This document shows, in pieces, positions 1 to 13,520 of a stretch of 64,000 nt of DNA. Position numbers and translations under genes: made by a program. Each line of letters begins with the position of its first letter. Position 1 is the stretch's first letter. Where the stretch lies: contig NC_092346.1 of the NCBI RefSeq assembly GCF_963676685.1, forward strand, positions 19,902,001 to 19,966,000, read 5' to 3'. Source of the DNA: Mytilus edulis. Lineage: Eukaryota. The notes below the pieces were generated by a model. The model had not been told where the DNA came from. It did no database searches and saw only the letters and a list, made by a program, of their open reading frames with translations.

Positions 1-161
1 CTTTCGAGTCAGTTTTTTGTACTCATACTCCAAAAACAACCAAGCAAAATGCTTGATTTCATGTTTCTAGCATGATTTTTGTGCTTTGAGCACTGAGCAA
101 AGTTTTATGACTTTAACCCCAGATGTTTCGAGAAGACAAATAATTTTATGTTAAACTATAC

Positions 162-249
162 CTGTTTACTTCCACTCTCACCACCAGGTATCTCAGCTAT
201 TACTTTGTTGAAGGCATCTAATAAATGTTTTATGGAACCAGCAATTTCT
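162..249 (-). CDS. PDCD10: PDCD10/CCM3 coding exon (gene continues off the left edge)
   Basis: Flanked by cccag| and |gtatag; translates EIAGSIKHLLDAFNKVIAEIPGGESGSKQ, matching the PDCD10 DIASAIKELLD segment; phase fits exon 819-945. Confidence 0.9.
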
Positions 250-818
250 CTGGGAAAATAAAACATAAAAGAAATTTACAGTATTGTAAGATTATATGTA
301 CAATTTTTATTTTTTTTTCATTTCAAAATAATAATCTTGAAGAGAAATCAAAGTATTTAAGATGTCTCATCTTTATAACCATCTTTTTTCTTTACTTTAT
401 AAACTGTCATTGATAAACATCTTTTTTAAAGACAGAACACTTTTTTATAGAATTTTCTTCCTTATTCTTTAACAAACAGAACAATAATGAGTTCTGTATA
501 TTGGAATGAAATAGCTTGAGGTATACAAAGTAAACAAATCTCTAAATTGGAGTTCTGCAGAAGACAAAGACTATATAGATTTTTTATCAAGGAGTTATTT
601 TCCATACAGAGTTCTACATGATATTTTTATAAGAGTCTTTTTCAGTGAATTTAATTTGATATAGTTTTACCGGGCAATATAAAAACACTGTCACCAATCA
701 GTCCTGGCTATGTAATCTTTTTTTCAAAGTTCTCCTTGAGACAAATTGAATTATCTCCCATATCATTCTTTAATTAGACACTCAAGCTTCAAAATATTTT
801 TTTATCACTAAGACTTAC

Positions 819-945
819 TTAATGGTTTCTAGGAATTGTTTTCGGTCATCAATTTGTATAGGAATGCGACTTAATATGGTTTTAAGGTTTGTGGCACATC
901 TGTTTAATTCTTGGAATGATGGTTCAGGTCTGAGCAATCTTAATT
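819..945 (-). CDS. PDCD10: PDCD10/CCM3 coding exon
   Basis: ttttcag| ... |gtaagt; LRLLRPEPSFQELNRCATNLKTILSRIPIQIDDRKQFLETIK resembles human [38 protein letters not shown]. Confidence 0.93.
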
Positions 946-1315
946 CTGAAAAAAAAAGTTCTTTGCATTATACAATATGAATAACTTTATCAAAAACAAA
1001 TCTCTCACTAATATTGGCACTAACCTCATAATAGTTTCTAACTTTTCATTATATTATTGATTTAATTTTTATAGGCTGATAAAGTCTTTTAATTGATATC
1101 TACCACCTAGATCATCCAGTAACAGAGACTGTCTAGTACATAATGAAGAATTCTGTATCATTTTACATAATGGCCAAACAACTTATAAGTGTTTTTTAAT
1201 ATTTACTTAAGAACAAACTGATCAATAAACTTCTGTTCTTCGTAAATACATATAGAAACAGAGTTAACATGCTTAATATATTGTATGGTTTTGCTCATTG
1301 TTGAAGGCCATACAC

Positions 1316-1469
1316 CAGTTTGTGCCAAACTGTTTTAGGGTTTGTCTGACCGAAAAACAAATTTGAACTTTTCTACTATATGTTCAACCAAAAAATCCTA
1401 AAAATTCTATATGACCGAATGAATTTTTGTCTGATATTTTGTCGTTCAGACAGAGTTTGGGATACACTG
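1316..1469. mobile_element. Small MITE with CAGT...ACTG ends, inserted in an abundant interspersed repeat
   Basis: Imperfect TIRs cagtttgtgccaaact / agtttgggatacactg; 7-bp direct repeat catacac on both sides. Confidence 0.55.
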
Positions 1470-1570
1470 CATACACTGACTAATAGTTGTTAATTTTTAT
1501 GTCAATGGTCTCTGGTTGAGAGTTTTCTCATTGGGTTTCATACCACATCTTCTTATTTTCATATTCTCAC

Positions 1571-1618
1571 CTTTACTGGATGGATGCATAGCAGCTCCAC
1601 TTGGTGTGGTTTTGGATG
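1571..1618 (-). CDS. PDCD10: Putative 48-nt symmetric (phase 1-1) cassette exon of PDCD10
   Basis: ttatctttatag| ... |gtgaga; open frame (A)SKTTPSGAAMHPSSK; the frame is kept whether it is included or skipped. Confidence 0.6.
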
Positions 1619-2325
1619 CTATAAAGATAAAGAGTACAAAAACAATGTTTTAATATACAAAGAAATACATGAAAAAATAACTGAATATATACCTAGGCCA
1701 TATTATCTTTTTGTTTTCCCATAATGCATAGTACATGTTCTGTTTATGGTAATAATAATAGGTCATCAATTACCAAAGCAAATTTGCATATTAAGACAAT
1801 TGTTCTTTAGTAAAGCCAGCCATAAATTCGGAAATCTAACTATTTCAGTTTTTTATATAAGAACCCAATAGATGGAAGTAAGGATTTATCATTTCCTGCA
1901 GTCAAAAATATTTTTTTTCTTATAACAGAGCTTGTGTTTGATTCAACAAAGGAGCTTGTAACAAATTTTATATGGGGAGGGGGCATTACAAAACAATAGA
2001 CTTTTTTTATAATGTATATATAACAGTCTCTACTCAACAGTTAGATTATATCAAGAAAAAGTCATCACTTTATTTAATATATATCAGAAGTAAAATATTA
2101 CAATCAATTTTATTTGATTAGTACAAATTCTTGATGTTTTGATAACAACCACAAGGCTGTGTGAGATTTTCAAGTGTGATAAATAAACAAAAGAAGCATA
2201 TAACAGCTGGCATATAACATTTGAGCACAAAAATATAAAACAAACTTTTGACAGATTTATCCTCCTCACAGAACAAAATCAGAAATCAAGCAATTTTATA
2301 AAATAGCTGACTCCCATCACCGTAA

Positions 2326-2574
2326 GAGCTAATTTCCTAATGCATGTAAAGTAAGACATTGGTTGGCTTGCTCGCTGTTTGAAAATTGTACAATTATAAT
2401 CAGGATTATGTCCAATCAAACTTTAATGTAATATATACAGGTTTAACTATACTTATATATATTGTTTAAAAAGATGACAATCTTTTTTACGATGGTTGAC
2501 ATTTATACAAAGTAAACAAACAGATTAAGCTAGCCAACCAAAGTTTTACTCTACAAGCACTAGGAAATTAGCTC
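2326..2574. mobile_element. MITE, PIF/Harbinger-like
   Basis: ~55-bp imperfect TIRs gagctaatttccta... / ...taggaaattagctc; TAA on both flanks. Confidence 0.65.
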
Positions 2575-3673
2575 TAAACAAAAATCATACACACTTAAAT
2601 GCAACAAAAGATGAAAGAATAAAGCAAATTGTGTTTTAGTTATTAAAACACATTTCAAAGGAACAATTTCATTTCTATATTGAAGGAGAAAAAGTTGTCA
2701 CAATCAGTATACCTTTAAAGGCAGGAGAGACTTTTAGTATAAACAATACGAACCAGCTACATGCAGTATGAGATATGATTAAAAATGAGTTAATTAAAGG
2801 AAAAAAGTTACAGATTTATTTTTTTATTTTTATATCTCATATGTCTTGTAATTTATAGAATATTTAAACAGTATAATCTATCCAAGGTCTTTAATAATAA
2901 CTAAAGAGGATCATTTAAATCTAGTTACTATTTTATTTACTGTGGAGTAATTTATTAACGTTAATACCAATTTCTTGGATATTTTATTTTGTGGTTTTGG
3001 AAAAGTCTGCATGCAAGCTTTAGAAAATTTGCACCTCTTTCAACACTTTAATTCAGGGATTGCCTGTACCCACCAAACGCATTAAAATTGGTATCCCAAA
3101 AATAATAATGAATCAACAGGACTGGTAAATTCATTTTCACTTATAATAAAAACAAATAAAGCATTTCTTCAATCTTCAGTGTTATTTAAACTAAAAACAG
3201 CTGTCTCAATAATTTTGATATCCTAGTGGAATGCTAGTGGAATTAATAAATATCAGTTTAAGGTATCTTTCAGACATGCACTTGTGAAAGCCACTTTGTC
3301 ATGTTTGTTGTAGGTTTGAAAAAGTATATGAAGGAATGAAAGTTATTTGTTTTAGTGGATTCCAAGTTTATGATTATTAAGCCAGGTGATGATATGCGTG
3401 CTAGTCAAACGTTGTAAGATGGATTCCCAGAAAACACTCTTTTGTACCTGTCAATTCGCTGTCTAATATTTCTGTATAAAAGACATTAAAAACACACTTA
3501 AAAATCTGTTGTTTTATAAAAAGAATATAATTCCACAGAACACCATGCCAATAACACACTTATCACATTCCCATGTTCTGTGAACCTTGAAAACTAACAA
3601 TCTGGCCAAAAACTTTAATCTTGGAATGTACTTATTTCATACCATCACATTTCCACATTGTTTAGTGAATTAT

Positions 3674-4099
3674 CAGTAGCGGATCCAGGGGGCTTAGAGG
3701 GCGTACGCCCCCCTTTGATTAGACAAATGCTTGTTTGTTTTTTTTAACTCTTGTCGGTCGAATTGTAAATTCTATCAAATAGCCAGGCGTATATCTTGTT
3801 TACAACAAGATATTTGTGAGGTTATGATAACTTTAATAACTAATAACATGTACAAATCGGCGATAAGTTTCCTTGTCTATATTTTACTGACAAGTCCCAC
3901 ATCAAATTTATCAGTAGATAGCTTTGGATCCATACTATCATTTTATGAAAGACAATTAATACAGGATAAAAAATGTCCAACCCTTTTGCTTTACAGCAAC
4001 TATAGAATATACATGCCCCACGACAGGAACCGTTTAAAAGTTGCATGTTAAACTTATTTATGTTTTTTTAGCCCAAAAAAGGTCCTGTATCTGCCACTG
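3674..4099. mobile_element. Non-autonomous DNA transposon (CAGTRGCGGATCCAG-type TIR)
   Basis: Ends cagtagcggatccagg / cctgtatctgccactg; flanks attat/attag (5-bp near-TSD). Confidence 0.65.
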
Positions 4100-4179
4100 A
4101 TTAGGAAATCATTGTCAAACCATAACTGGGTATATAACTTTAAAAGTTTTTACCTGTATGAATAAGCATACTGATTTAT

Positions 4180-4432
4180 GAAAAAAAAAGATGTGGCATG
4201 GTTTCCAATGAGACCAAATTACACAGCTATAGGTCACCTTATGGACTTCAATAATGAGCAAAGCCCATACCGCATAGTCAGCTATAAAAGGCCCCGAAAT
4301 CACAAATGTAAAACAATTAAAAAGGGAAAACTAACGGCCTAACTAATGTACAAAAAAAATAATGAAAAAAAATATGTATTACAGGTTTACACAGCAACAA
4401 ACGACAACCACTGAATTACAGGCCCCTTACTT
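4180..4432 (+). repeat. Abundant interspersed repeat; related copies at ~1280-1560(-), 6050-6320(-), 16860-17140, 20160-20260(-), 38418-38670, 47520-47706(-), 54275-54420
   Basis: Shared blocks aagatgtgg-atg-ttgccaatgagac, caacaatgagcaaagcccataccgcatagtcagctataaaaggccc, aaacgacaaccactgaa. Boundaries approximate. Confidence 0.8.
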
Positions 4433-4838
4433 GTAGATTGATGAGACCACAAGTTTCACCCAAAACTTCACCTAAAATGCACTGACTTCGCAAAATCATA
4501 TCTTCAGTTTGTGTTCAGAGTGCAATGGGTTACAATCATAATTTAGTATATAACATCAAAATGTGTACCAAGTTTGAAATGTGTTATTGGCTAGATTGTA
4601 AACTATCTTAACTCAAACTTTAATCTGGCAATGTACTAATTTCACACTAACACATTTCTATGTTTATTTCAACTGTGAAATGAAAGACAACTTAATTTGT
4701 CATACAACTTAAAAAGTTCATATTATAAATATCATGGAGCCTTGATTATAACTATTATGTGTTGTATTACGTTTCAAATTGATGTTACCAAAAATGATTG
4801 AATCTACCATTAAATATATATGTGTTTTAAGTACATAC

Positions 4839-4965
4839 CATCATATCCTTGTGCATCACCTAATCTTAGCAGTGTTTCACATATATCAAAGTGGTCGTGT
4901 ATGTCTGCTTTCTTCAGGATGCCCCTCAAGAAATCATGGACAAATCCAGGCACTGTTGTGTCAAC
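4839..4965 (-). CDS. PDCD10: PDCD10/CCM3 coding exon
   Basis: attatag| ... |gtatgt; VDTTVPGFVHDFLRGILKKADIHDHFDICETLLRLGDAQGYD aligns to [34 protein letters not shown]. Confidence 0.88.
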
Positions 4966-5454
4966 CTATAATCATGCAAGAGATTTATGTTATTTTTTTA
5001 TTTACTTGTTTTAATTGTTTTAAGGATTTTCTTCCCAATATTTAGCAAATTTGGACTTTTCACCTAAAATGTTCTTCAACTTTGGCCTTTTTTTTATTCA
5101 AGCATCACTGAACATTGAGTCTTTTGTAGATGAAACAGGTTTCTACCATACAAAAATATAAGCCTGGTTGATGAGTTTTGTTAAGAAATTATTACTTGTT
5201 AGATCATTTAAAGATAAGTGGACTAAGGAGAAGGTTTCGCCAATCAATCACATGGTTGTTAAATGTGTGTTAGCTCCTGCTGTTGTACATGTAATGTTTT
5301 TCATAATTGTATTACAATTACTGTATATATATTTCAATTATTTGTGTATGTATGTATATTGACCTCTTGTACACTGATGTGTCTGAGGTTAATAAAATTT
5401 TAATCTTGAATCTTGTTCAGAGTAGACAGAACATGTTACAGTTTATATAATTAC

Positions 5455-5508
5455 CTTTGAAAAAGAAGCTCGTAATGTCTGTGCTGATGATTTATCTTTC
5501 TTTTCTAA
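5455..5508 (-). CDS. PDCD10: PDCD10/CCM3 coding exon
   Basis: tattatag| ... |gtaatt; LEKKDKSSAQTLRASFSK vs human LERVNLSAAQTLRAAFIK. Confidence 0.9.
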
Positions 5509-6451
5509 CTATAATAAATACACAAAAACAAAATTCTAAGATACATACAGATTAAAAATATATGGAAATCAAAATTAAAGTGGTTACCTCTAAACAGACA
5601 ATTGGAATGGTAATGAATCAAAATAATATTCCATTTTATATCTATATATTCAAATAAAATATATCATTAATAGTTACAAACGCTAAAAGTTCAGTTGTTA
5701 AACCAACTCATGCATGTGCCTTATTGTAACAATGGGCATCAAAGCTTATTAATTATTATTAATCTCTTTCACCAGTGTAAACAAATGTACTAGGGCATGC
5801 ATGTTATTCACAATAAAAGGTATATTTCAGAAAAGAATTTTCAAGTCAAAGTATTTTTTTGTGTTATTTGCATCTACTATAAATGCATGAAAAAAGTATT
5901 CTTAGAAATATAATTTGCCAATTAAGCAGAATATCTTTTCAATTTTAACATATGTTACTTTTTTTCACTGACAAAATTAAAGTTTTTAAAAGTCACTATG
6001 CCAGACTTCCAAAACCACAAAACGATAAATACATCATACATTTTTAGTCAGGAACAGCAGTTGTCATGTGTTGGTGTGGTTCGTAAGCATGATAAGTATT
6101 TCTTGTTTCTTGTATTTTATATAGATTAGACTGTTGTTTTTCCTGTTTGAATGGTTTTACACTTGTCATTTTGGGGGTTGTTTATAGCTTGCTTTTCCAT
6201 GTGAGCCAAGGCTCCCTGTTTAAGGCCCTACTTCGAACTATCATGGTTTACTTTTACAAATTGTGACTTTGATTGAGAGTAGTCTCATTGGCACTCATAA
6301 CACATATTCTTCTATTTATTTTACATTCCAGTTACCCTGTGTATATAGTTACATATTGTTGGTTGACATCTCATTTACATTAACAGTAAACTGACTATCA
6401 TTTTCATATCATAAAGATTTCCAAAATATTGAGAATTTTTCAAATACTTAC

Positions 6452-6529
6452 ACTTTCTAACAAAGGACCAATGACCACATCTAAGATCATCTTCCCATAC
6501 ATAGCTTTGTTGTTTTCCCCCATAGTCAT
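6452..6529 (-). CDS. PDCD10: PDCD10/CCM3 first coding exon (ATG at 6529; acceptor at 6561-6562)
   Basis: MTMGENNKAMYGKMILDVVIGPLLES|gtaagt; position and length match the N-terminal exon; in-frame stop upstream. Confidence 0.85.
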
Positions 6530-7908
6530 TTCTCATTTATTCACTTTTTATGTCATTTTCCTGTAAAATAAAGTTAGATTTTCGACATCAATTTAAATGA
6601 CGGTTGTAATTCTAAATAAAAATGTTTTACATAATCTGACAGTTGTTTAATGTAAAGCAGCAAACATTTCAGGCATTATTGGACAAGAAAATATTGAATG
6701 TTGTTTTAACTTGACTACTATGCTGAGCCACAATTCTAAAGTTCTAGTCTTAAATATAAGTTGCTTATAATGTTACAGTTTGCAGAAAGACAAGTCACTT
6801 TATCTGGATACATTATTTTGCTTTTAAGTCGATCATGCAGTTTTCTCCTCACTTCTAAGTTCTGCATGATTAGTGAGCATGGTCTTTTGTACTCAGTAAT
6901 AAGAGATCCTCCACCATGTCAACAATCTTTAAAAGCTACGCTGTGATGGCATTTTTAATACCCTGTCTAGAATATTTATAATAAATAAATAAATAAATAG
7001 TGGTTTTTATTCAAATTCTTATTACATGTACCACTTAAACTACATGTATTACTGTATTTTTCAAGACTTTCATAACTGATAGGTAGTCCATGTAATTTTT
7101 GTATTGTTAAAATACTACAGTGTTCTCCCAAGGGCCACTTAAGCATCATGGTCTTGTGATGTCATATTGATCTGGTGTCATTATATATCTGAAAGAATTT
7201 CCTATGGATTTGATGCTACAATTTTTTAAACATGATGGTACATTGTGTTTCAAAATTCCCAGTTTACCAAGATGTAATATGAAATCTGTGCAGGTAAGAA
7301 ATGTGTTATTTTTTCATTACAGAACATTATTCCAGTAGAGGAGATTCTACCTACCGTAGGTAATCGCTTATAAGTCGGAAGTTTGGGAGTAAAATTAAGA
7401 ATTAAGAGAGAGGTACCGACTTATAAGCGAGATCCTGAGACCAGAGGAAAAATCCAGGTGGTCAGATGTGAATTTCCTGGCCAAAACTACATTTGTGATA
7501 GCCAAACCTGCATAAATTTATGATCCTGGCTGGTAGTTTCATTTGTCTTATAAGTCTGTCTGTTTTACATCTTGTTAATAAAAATGAAAACTTACATCAA
7601 ACATATATAATTATTAATAAGAACCCTTATGTCATTGTCTGTAACCTACAGATACTATACATACATGTATTAAGATAGAACAAGCACATTCAAGTTAGCA
7701 AAAAGATAACTATGCTGGGGATATCTGTACATGTATGTAAACAGCCTTTTACTCTTTTGGTTATTAAAACTTGATCATCTCTGTATGACCATAGATCAAT
7801 GTAGATCTGTCACGTAATAACTTTGTTACACAATAAAACAAACAACTTTAATTATGATTTATATTTATAAATTTAAAAACTGTATTTAACCATATATATT
7901 TAATCAAC

Positions 7909-8919
7909 ATGAAAATCCTATTTCTAAATACTCAATCTTTTAAAACAGCAACTGGACTCAAAGAAATTTGTGAAAAATATAATGTTGACATCTTATGTAT
8001 AAATGAATCATTTGAATCTGAAAAAAAAACCACTCTCATTTGGTGATTGGAAACCAATAACATCACCTAGACCAAAAAAAAGCAAGGGGAGGATCTGCAA
8101 TATTTTTTAAAGCCAAGCATTCATTTCATTGGACAAAGGCAGCAACATTTGGAATTAAAAGAAAAAGAAATGGTCAGTATTGAAGTAAAAGACAGCAAAA
8201 ACAAAACTTTTCATCTTTGGGTTCCGTACATCCCACCAAATAAACCAGAGTTGATGAAAAAGCTTTGTACACATATTCAACAAAAAAATTTAAACAATTT
8301 AATATTGGTAGGTGATCTGAATGCTAAATCCTTCGAATGGAACAATACTGTCGAAAATAAACATGGAGAACTACTAGAACAATGTATGACAACAGCTAAG
8401 CTGATATGTGTTAATGATGGACAGGCTACAAGAAGAGCAAGTAGTTCTGTAATAGACTTATTTCTAATATCAAGGCAACTATTTAATGATGTAAAAAATT
8501 GTATAACCCTAACTCATGAAAAAGTACAATCAGACCATATTGCAGTATTGTTAGATTTTAATACAGGAAATCCTCAAGAAGAAAATATATCAGAAGAGGA
8601 ATATTGGAATATCAAAAAATGTGATTGGAATGCATGGAAAGAAACAGTAAAAGAATTATTTTCAAATTTATCCTTTCCTCAAAATGAAAACATAGAAAAT
8701 AACTACAACCGATTTGAAGAAACTTTAACAAACTGTATGATAAATGCATTCCCTTGGTCAAACCAAAGAAAAAAAATAATAATACAACACCCTCTACGGT
8801 GGAATGATGATATCAGAGAAATGAAAGTAAAACTAAACAAAGCCCAAAAGAAATTCAAATTAAGAAGTACACCAGAAAATTCTATGATGACATTACACAG
8901 CATTAGTACTTCTATGTAA
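7909..8919 (+). mobile_element. LINE ORF2 5' fragment: APE-type endonuclease, frameshifted, no RT
   Basis: MKILFLNTQS...DILCINES from 7909, frameshifts in A-runs, then GDLNAK, SVIDLFL and SDH motifs of EEP/APE endonucleases. Confidence 0.85.
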
Positions 8920-9308
8920 ATAAGCTTACAAACATAACAGTATTGACTATTGGCATGATTCATTGATTGGGAAGTAATATATACAAGTTACAATAGTATT
9001 CAAAATATTACATCTAATAATGGTCAAAATGTTACTGTTATTAATGACTTATAAGTAAATACAATGGGTAATTTTTTCATTTAAGTCATTTGATGAGGTT
9101 TGAACTCAACCTGTAACTGGATAAATTCGTTAGATTAGATGGAAAATATGTAGGATTACTAGGAAATGTAAAAATTGTGAGGAGTGTGACCACACCCGGT
9201 GTACTTCGATGAGTGAGGCAGATACAGTTTTGTTTTGCGTATAGCATATTCAAGGACATTATACTATGTTCTTTCATTCAAATTATGTTTTTTTTTTAAG
9301 AAAAATAC

Positions 9309-9430
9309 CTTGTTCTTGACATAAACAACTGGAATGGAAAAAATAATTTTTGTTTATCGTTTCAAGATTCACACCTCCTAAATGAAGAGTGAAGAGTGTA
9401 ACTGAAGTTATTTCCCTTTACCCGCTTTGT
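9309..9430 (-). other. Possible non-coding first exon of PDCD10
   Basis: Donor-like caag|gtattt at 9308; the coding exon has an acceptor at 6561, so an upstream exon is required. The upper boundary is a guess. Confidence 0.3.
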
Positions 9431-9469
9431 CGTATTTTTTCTAGTTTGGGGAAAATGTTAAAGAACAGT

Positions 9470-9612
9470 CATAGGCGGATCCAGGGGGGGGGGGCCTGCC
9501 CCCCCCCCTTTCGTGGGAAAAATTTGGTTGATTATATAGAGTATCATTGAAGCATGACTGGAGCGGGCCCCCCTTAGGTCAGTCAGCGAGCCCCCCCCCC
9601 CCTTTGAGGAAA
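9470..9612. mobile_element. Truncated copy of the MITE at 19901-20064
   Basis: cataggcggatccagggg, then ttgattatata...cattgaagcatgactggagcgggcccccttaggtcagtca, shared with 19901-20064. Confidence 0.75.
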
Positions 9613-11637
9613 ACCACCCAGTGTTGATTCACAACGTATAAAATAAAATCAAAAGAAATCCTATATATAATACTGTTCAAGTAATATCCCAAGGAGCCGG
9701 TCGCGTAAATTTCAACAACACAATACGTCTGGAAATAATACTCTTTTTTCTCTCTATTTCATCGGTAGATATATATGACCTTGGCCTCATTTTAATGGTT
9801 CATTGGTTAATGTCAAGTTTATTAGATACTGCAATTGCAATATGACCACTATATATTTTATTTAATAATGGAATTATTTTAAGGTGTACATACGTCTGTG
9901 TGGCATAGTTCATCCGACCTTGATCATGTTAGAGCAGAGACGAAAGATATACAAGAAGGACATTCAAACTCATCAGAAGAAAATAAAGTGACAGACTGAG
10001 AAACGATAGATAGTACACAAAACACAAAATAGAAAATTAAAGAATAAGCAACAAGAACCCCACCAAGGGTAAGCAGATCCTATTCCACATGTGGCACCCA
10101 TCGTGATGCTCATTATTAGTACAAACTTGGTAATCAGTCTAATTTGGTGGGTAGCATTCGTGAAAAGGGGACGAGTTAGTAGTTACTATATTAGGAACAT
10201 ATACTGACAAATAAGTATGCGAGACATTTCAGCACGTACAGCTTTGTTCTATAACTGCTTTTTAATCCCCTACAAGTGAAAAGAAATTCGATGGAAAGGA
10301 CAGAAGGAGAACAAATTTCACACTTCGCTAGTGGCACCAGGAGAAACTATTTATGGTGGAAATATGACTTTTCATAGAATCTCATTACTCCAAATAGTCT
10401 CAAAATTATATGAAAAGTTACAGGTACAGGTAAATATTATGAATATCATTATGCGATACTAAGATTTGGAATTTAAAAAAAAAAAAGCTTTACGTATGAC
10501 TGAATCTCAGACATACGAGACCAAATATATATCAAAGCTTTGCGTCCACCCTTCTAGAGTGTTGTTGTGCTCGTGTGAGGCCTGGCCAGTGGGATTTAAC
10601 ATCCTGCGTCTTGTCCTTTTCCATTCGTTCTCCTTCATATGCTAACCTTTAACACAGCACATTCCAGGCGTCTGATACACGAGATCATATGTAAGCCCTC
10701 CTTGCCCAAATTAACGACTAAGAAGCCTGTGTTGGATTTGGCCATTACTTTGTGTTCGTCGGTTTTTGTCCGTTAACTTTTACAAAAAATCTACTCTTAA
10801 ACTTCATGATCAAATGGAACCACTCGGCTATAATCTTCCTTATAGGGTGTTGTTTTAAATTGTCTCGCATGACAACAAATATGGCTGTCAAGACTAAAAC
10901 GACACATAGAGGTGTCTATCATATCGTAAACGCTAGAGAAATGTGAAAGTATTAAACAGAATGTTCAGAGTGTCAAGATCGCCGGACGTACGATGTATTT
11001 AGACCAGAACTGTCGGACGACTCTTTTTAGAAGTTAATGACGAAGGTCAAAGATTTGAAGTATCCTTACAATAAGAGGCGGCGAAGGTACTTTGATATCC
11101 AGCCTAGCTCTCATAAGCCAGGTGGTCTACCAGGTCTATACCCACTAAGGAAGTTTACACAACAAATACCGTTTAATTTGATAATTAGCAATATAATTCC
11201 TGTAATCTGCTAACCCGAATAATTCAGTCGTTATATTCCGCTGATCAACGAAGGCTACATTAATATTCTTGTGGGAAAAAATCGGACACGGAAAGGGCTT
11301 GAATTATTCGAGTTAGTAATCTGCTTTCTCCGACATAGAACACAATACTAGTTATCCATAACCGTTTAGGGTATGCACCTCTAAGTTTCTTTTTGTGATT
11401 TACGTTATAAACATTCCATAATACTAGTATTCCACAATATTCCAACTTATTTTTGTCAATATGAAAATAAGAAAAGAGGGGCACCATATATATTAAGTAC
11501 TGTAGTATTGTATGGAAAAGAACAATGTGGAAAATAAGAACAGATGGAAAGCAAATATAACCCGACTCGTCACTGGGCTTCCAAAATGTTGTAACCAACT
11601 TATTTTCCACAAAAAACTCTCACCAACAAGCTTTGAA

Positions 11638-12640
11638 TTTTTTTTTATATATATCTTTATTCTGACAAACCTTCGTCAATACAATGGTATACAGAAGTTA
11701 CATGTTATAAATAGCACAGTAATAAAATAGAGAAAACATGCACACTATTTACAAATATAAGTTGAATTTAGCCAGGAGAACACACACATGAATTAATATG
11801 TCTTATAAATGTACATAGCTTTTTTAAAGATGATTGCTTGTTCATATTCATTACTTCCTTAAATTAAATGATGTTTGGATAATCAATATACTTTTTAGCA
11901 ATATACTTTTGTCTTTCTATAGCCATAGATTTACACTTCATTATATAGTGGAATTCATCTCCAAGATCTTTTAAGTCACATAGTTCGCATATTCTTTTAT
12001 CTCTCTGAATTTTTTTCCATCTTCCACTTTTTATAGGTAATCTGTGGTTAATGAGTCTAAATTGACATAAAGTATAAATATCACGAGGTTCTAAAGTGTC
12101 TAAATACTTTTCGAATTCGAAAAGTTCGTTAAAAAGGCGATAATTTAATGTTTTCGAGTTCGTTTGAATATCTGAGTACCATGTTTGTTTAAATTGATCT
12201 TGGAGAGATGTTCCTACAACAGTCTTTAACCAAATTTCATTTATACAATTTTGAGTTAACCATACATAAGATAAACCTGTTTCATTAAGGATAGATTCTA
12301 TACATTTCATCCAATAAAGTTTAACATTATTTCCATGAGATAAACTATACATTAATTTGTATGCAATTGCTGATAATTTACTGGGTTTGCTAAAAATCAA
12401 TTTCGTCCAGTATGAAATCATGCGAACCTTGATATCTAAACTAATAGGATAACGTCCTAATTCTCCATATATAACACAATTCGGGGTAAAAGATTTAAGA
12501 TGGAGAAGAAGTTTACAAACTTTCAAATGAACCCTTTCTAAAATATCATTATTTCCAAATCCCCAAATTTCACAGCCGTTAAGTAAAACAGGTTTAACCA
12601 ATTTATCAAATAAATCTAATTGACATTCCATCAAAAAATT
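11638..12640 (-). mobile_element. 5'-truncated non-LTR retrotransposon (RTE-X/L2-like) 3' end
   Basis: LFDKLVKPVLLNGCEIWG, VIYGELGRYP, HRLPIKSGRW, C-terminal CELC..GDEFHYIMKC; followed on the minus strand by AATAAA and an A-tail near 11638-11661. Confidence 0.85.
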
Positions 12641-13239
12641 TTTCGGAATGCATGCTTCCAAATTGTCGTATGTTGATTTGACAATTTTTGTAAATGGCAG
12701 TGAAATAAAAAATTTGACATGTCTGGATTACCTCAAATAATTTATGTTCTCACAGATGATTCCCAAAGCCATTATAGAAATTTTTTAAGTTTATATACAA
12801 CATTTTGGATGCAAACTTTACAGATAACTGAAATTTTATAACATGTTTTATTTCAAATGTTTTGATTGGTCTAACTGCATGCTCTTTTGGAATATCAAAG
12901 ATTTCCTTCCGCCAAAATGATTTGTGTCAAAAAGCAAGGAGTGGTTTATATTTACAATTCCTTGCAAAAAGTAATGTTCGCCAAAAAAAATCAACATTTT
13001 TGAAGCCAAGCGACGGGCTTTTTCTGTAATGTCTTATGATGGTCTGGATGGGGTTTACAGAAAAGGGTCAATACTTACATAAATGTGGGAACATAATGAA
13101 TAGAGAAAAAGAGACCCGAACGAAAAAAGCAAATTAAAAAAATGACGGAACCCTTTCCATAAAGTATTAAACTTAATACTATACAGCACAAATGCATAAG
13201 AAAGATCCTAAAAATAAGATGGCAAAGTAAAAACATGAA

Positions 13240-13520
13240 AAAAACAGTAAATGAAATTACTACCTCCAGAAACCTCAGTTGTGAAATCCAAGGATGACAC
13301 GATTAAAGGTGCGAAAGATACAACATTTATGTAGCCGACTACAATGGGCCACGGAAGGAAGAGAACTTGAAGAAAGTCAAAAACTACAGTGATAAGAACA
13401 ACAGAGCAAGATGGAGCAAACAAGGATGGACAGGTTGGAACGTGGCCAGAACAGCAGCACAAGATAGAAAAGGATGAAATATCAGCGTGGAGGCCTTATG
13501 CTACTTCTGGCGCGGAGATT
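13240..13520 (+). mobile_element. Degenerate RTE-clade LINE 3' fragment
   Basis: Frameshifted pieces read ...WNVARTAAQDRKG*..SVEALCYFWRG, like the RTE C-terminal W..A...AQDR..W...V.ALC. Confidence 0.5.
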
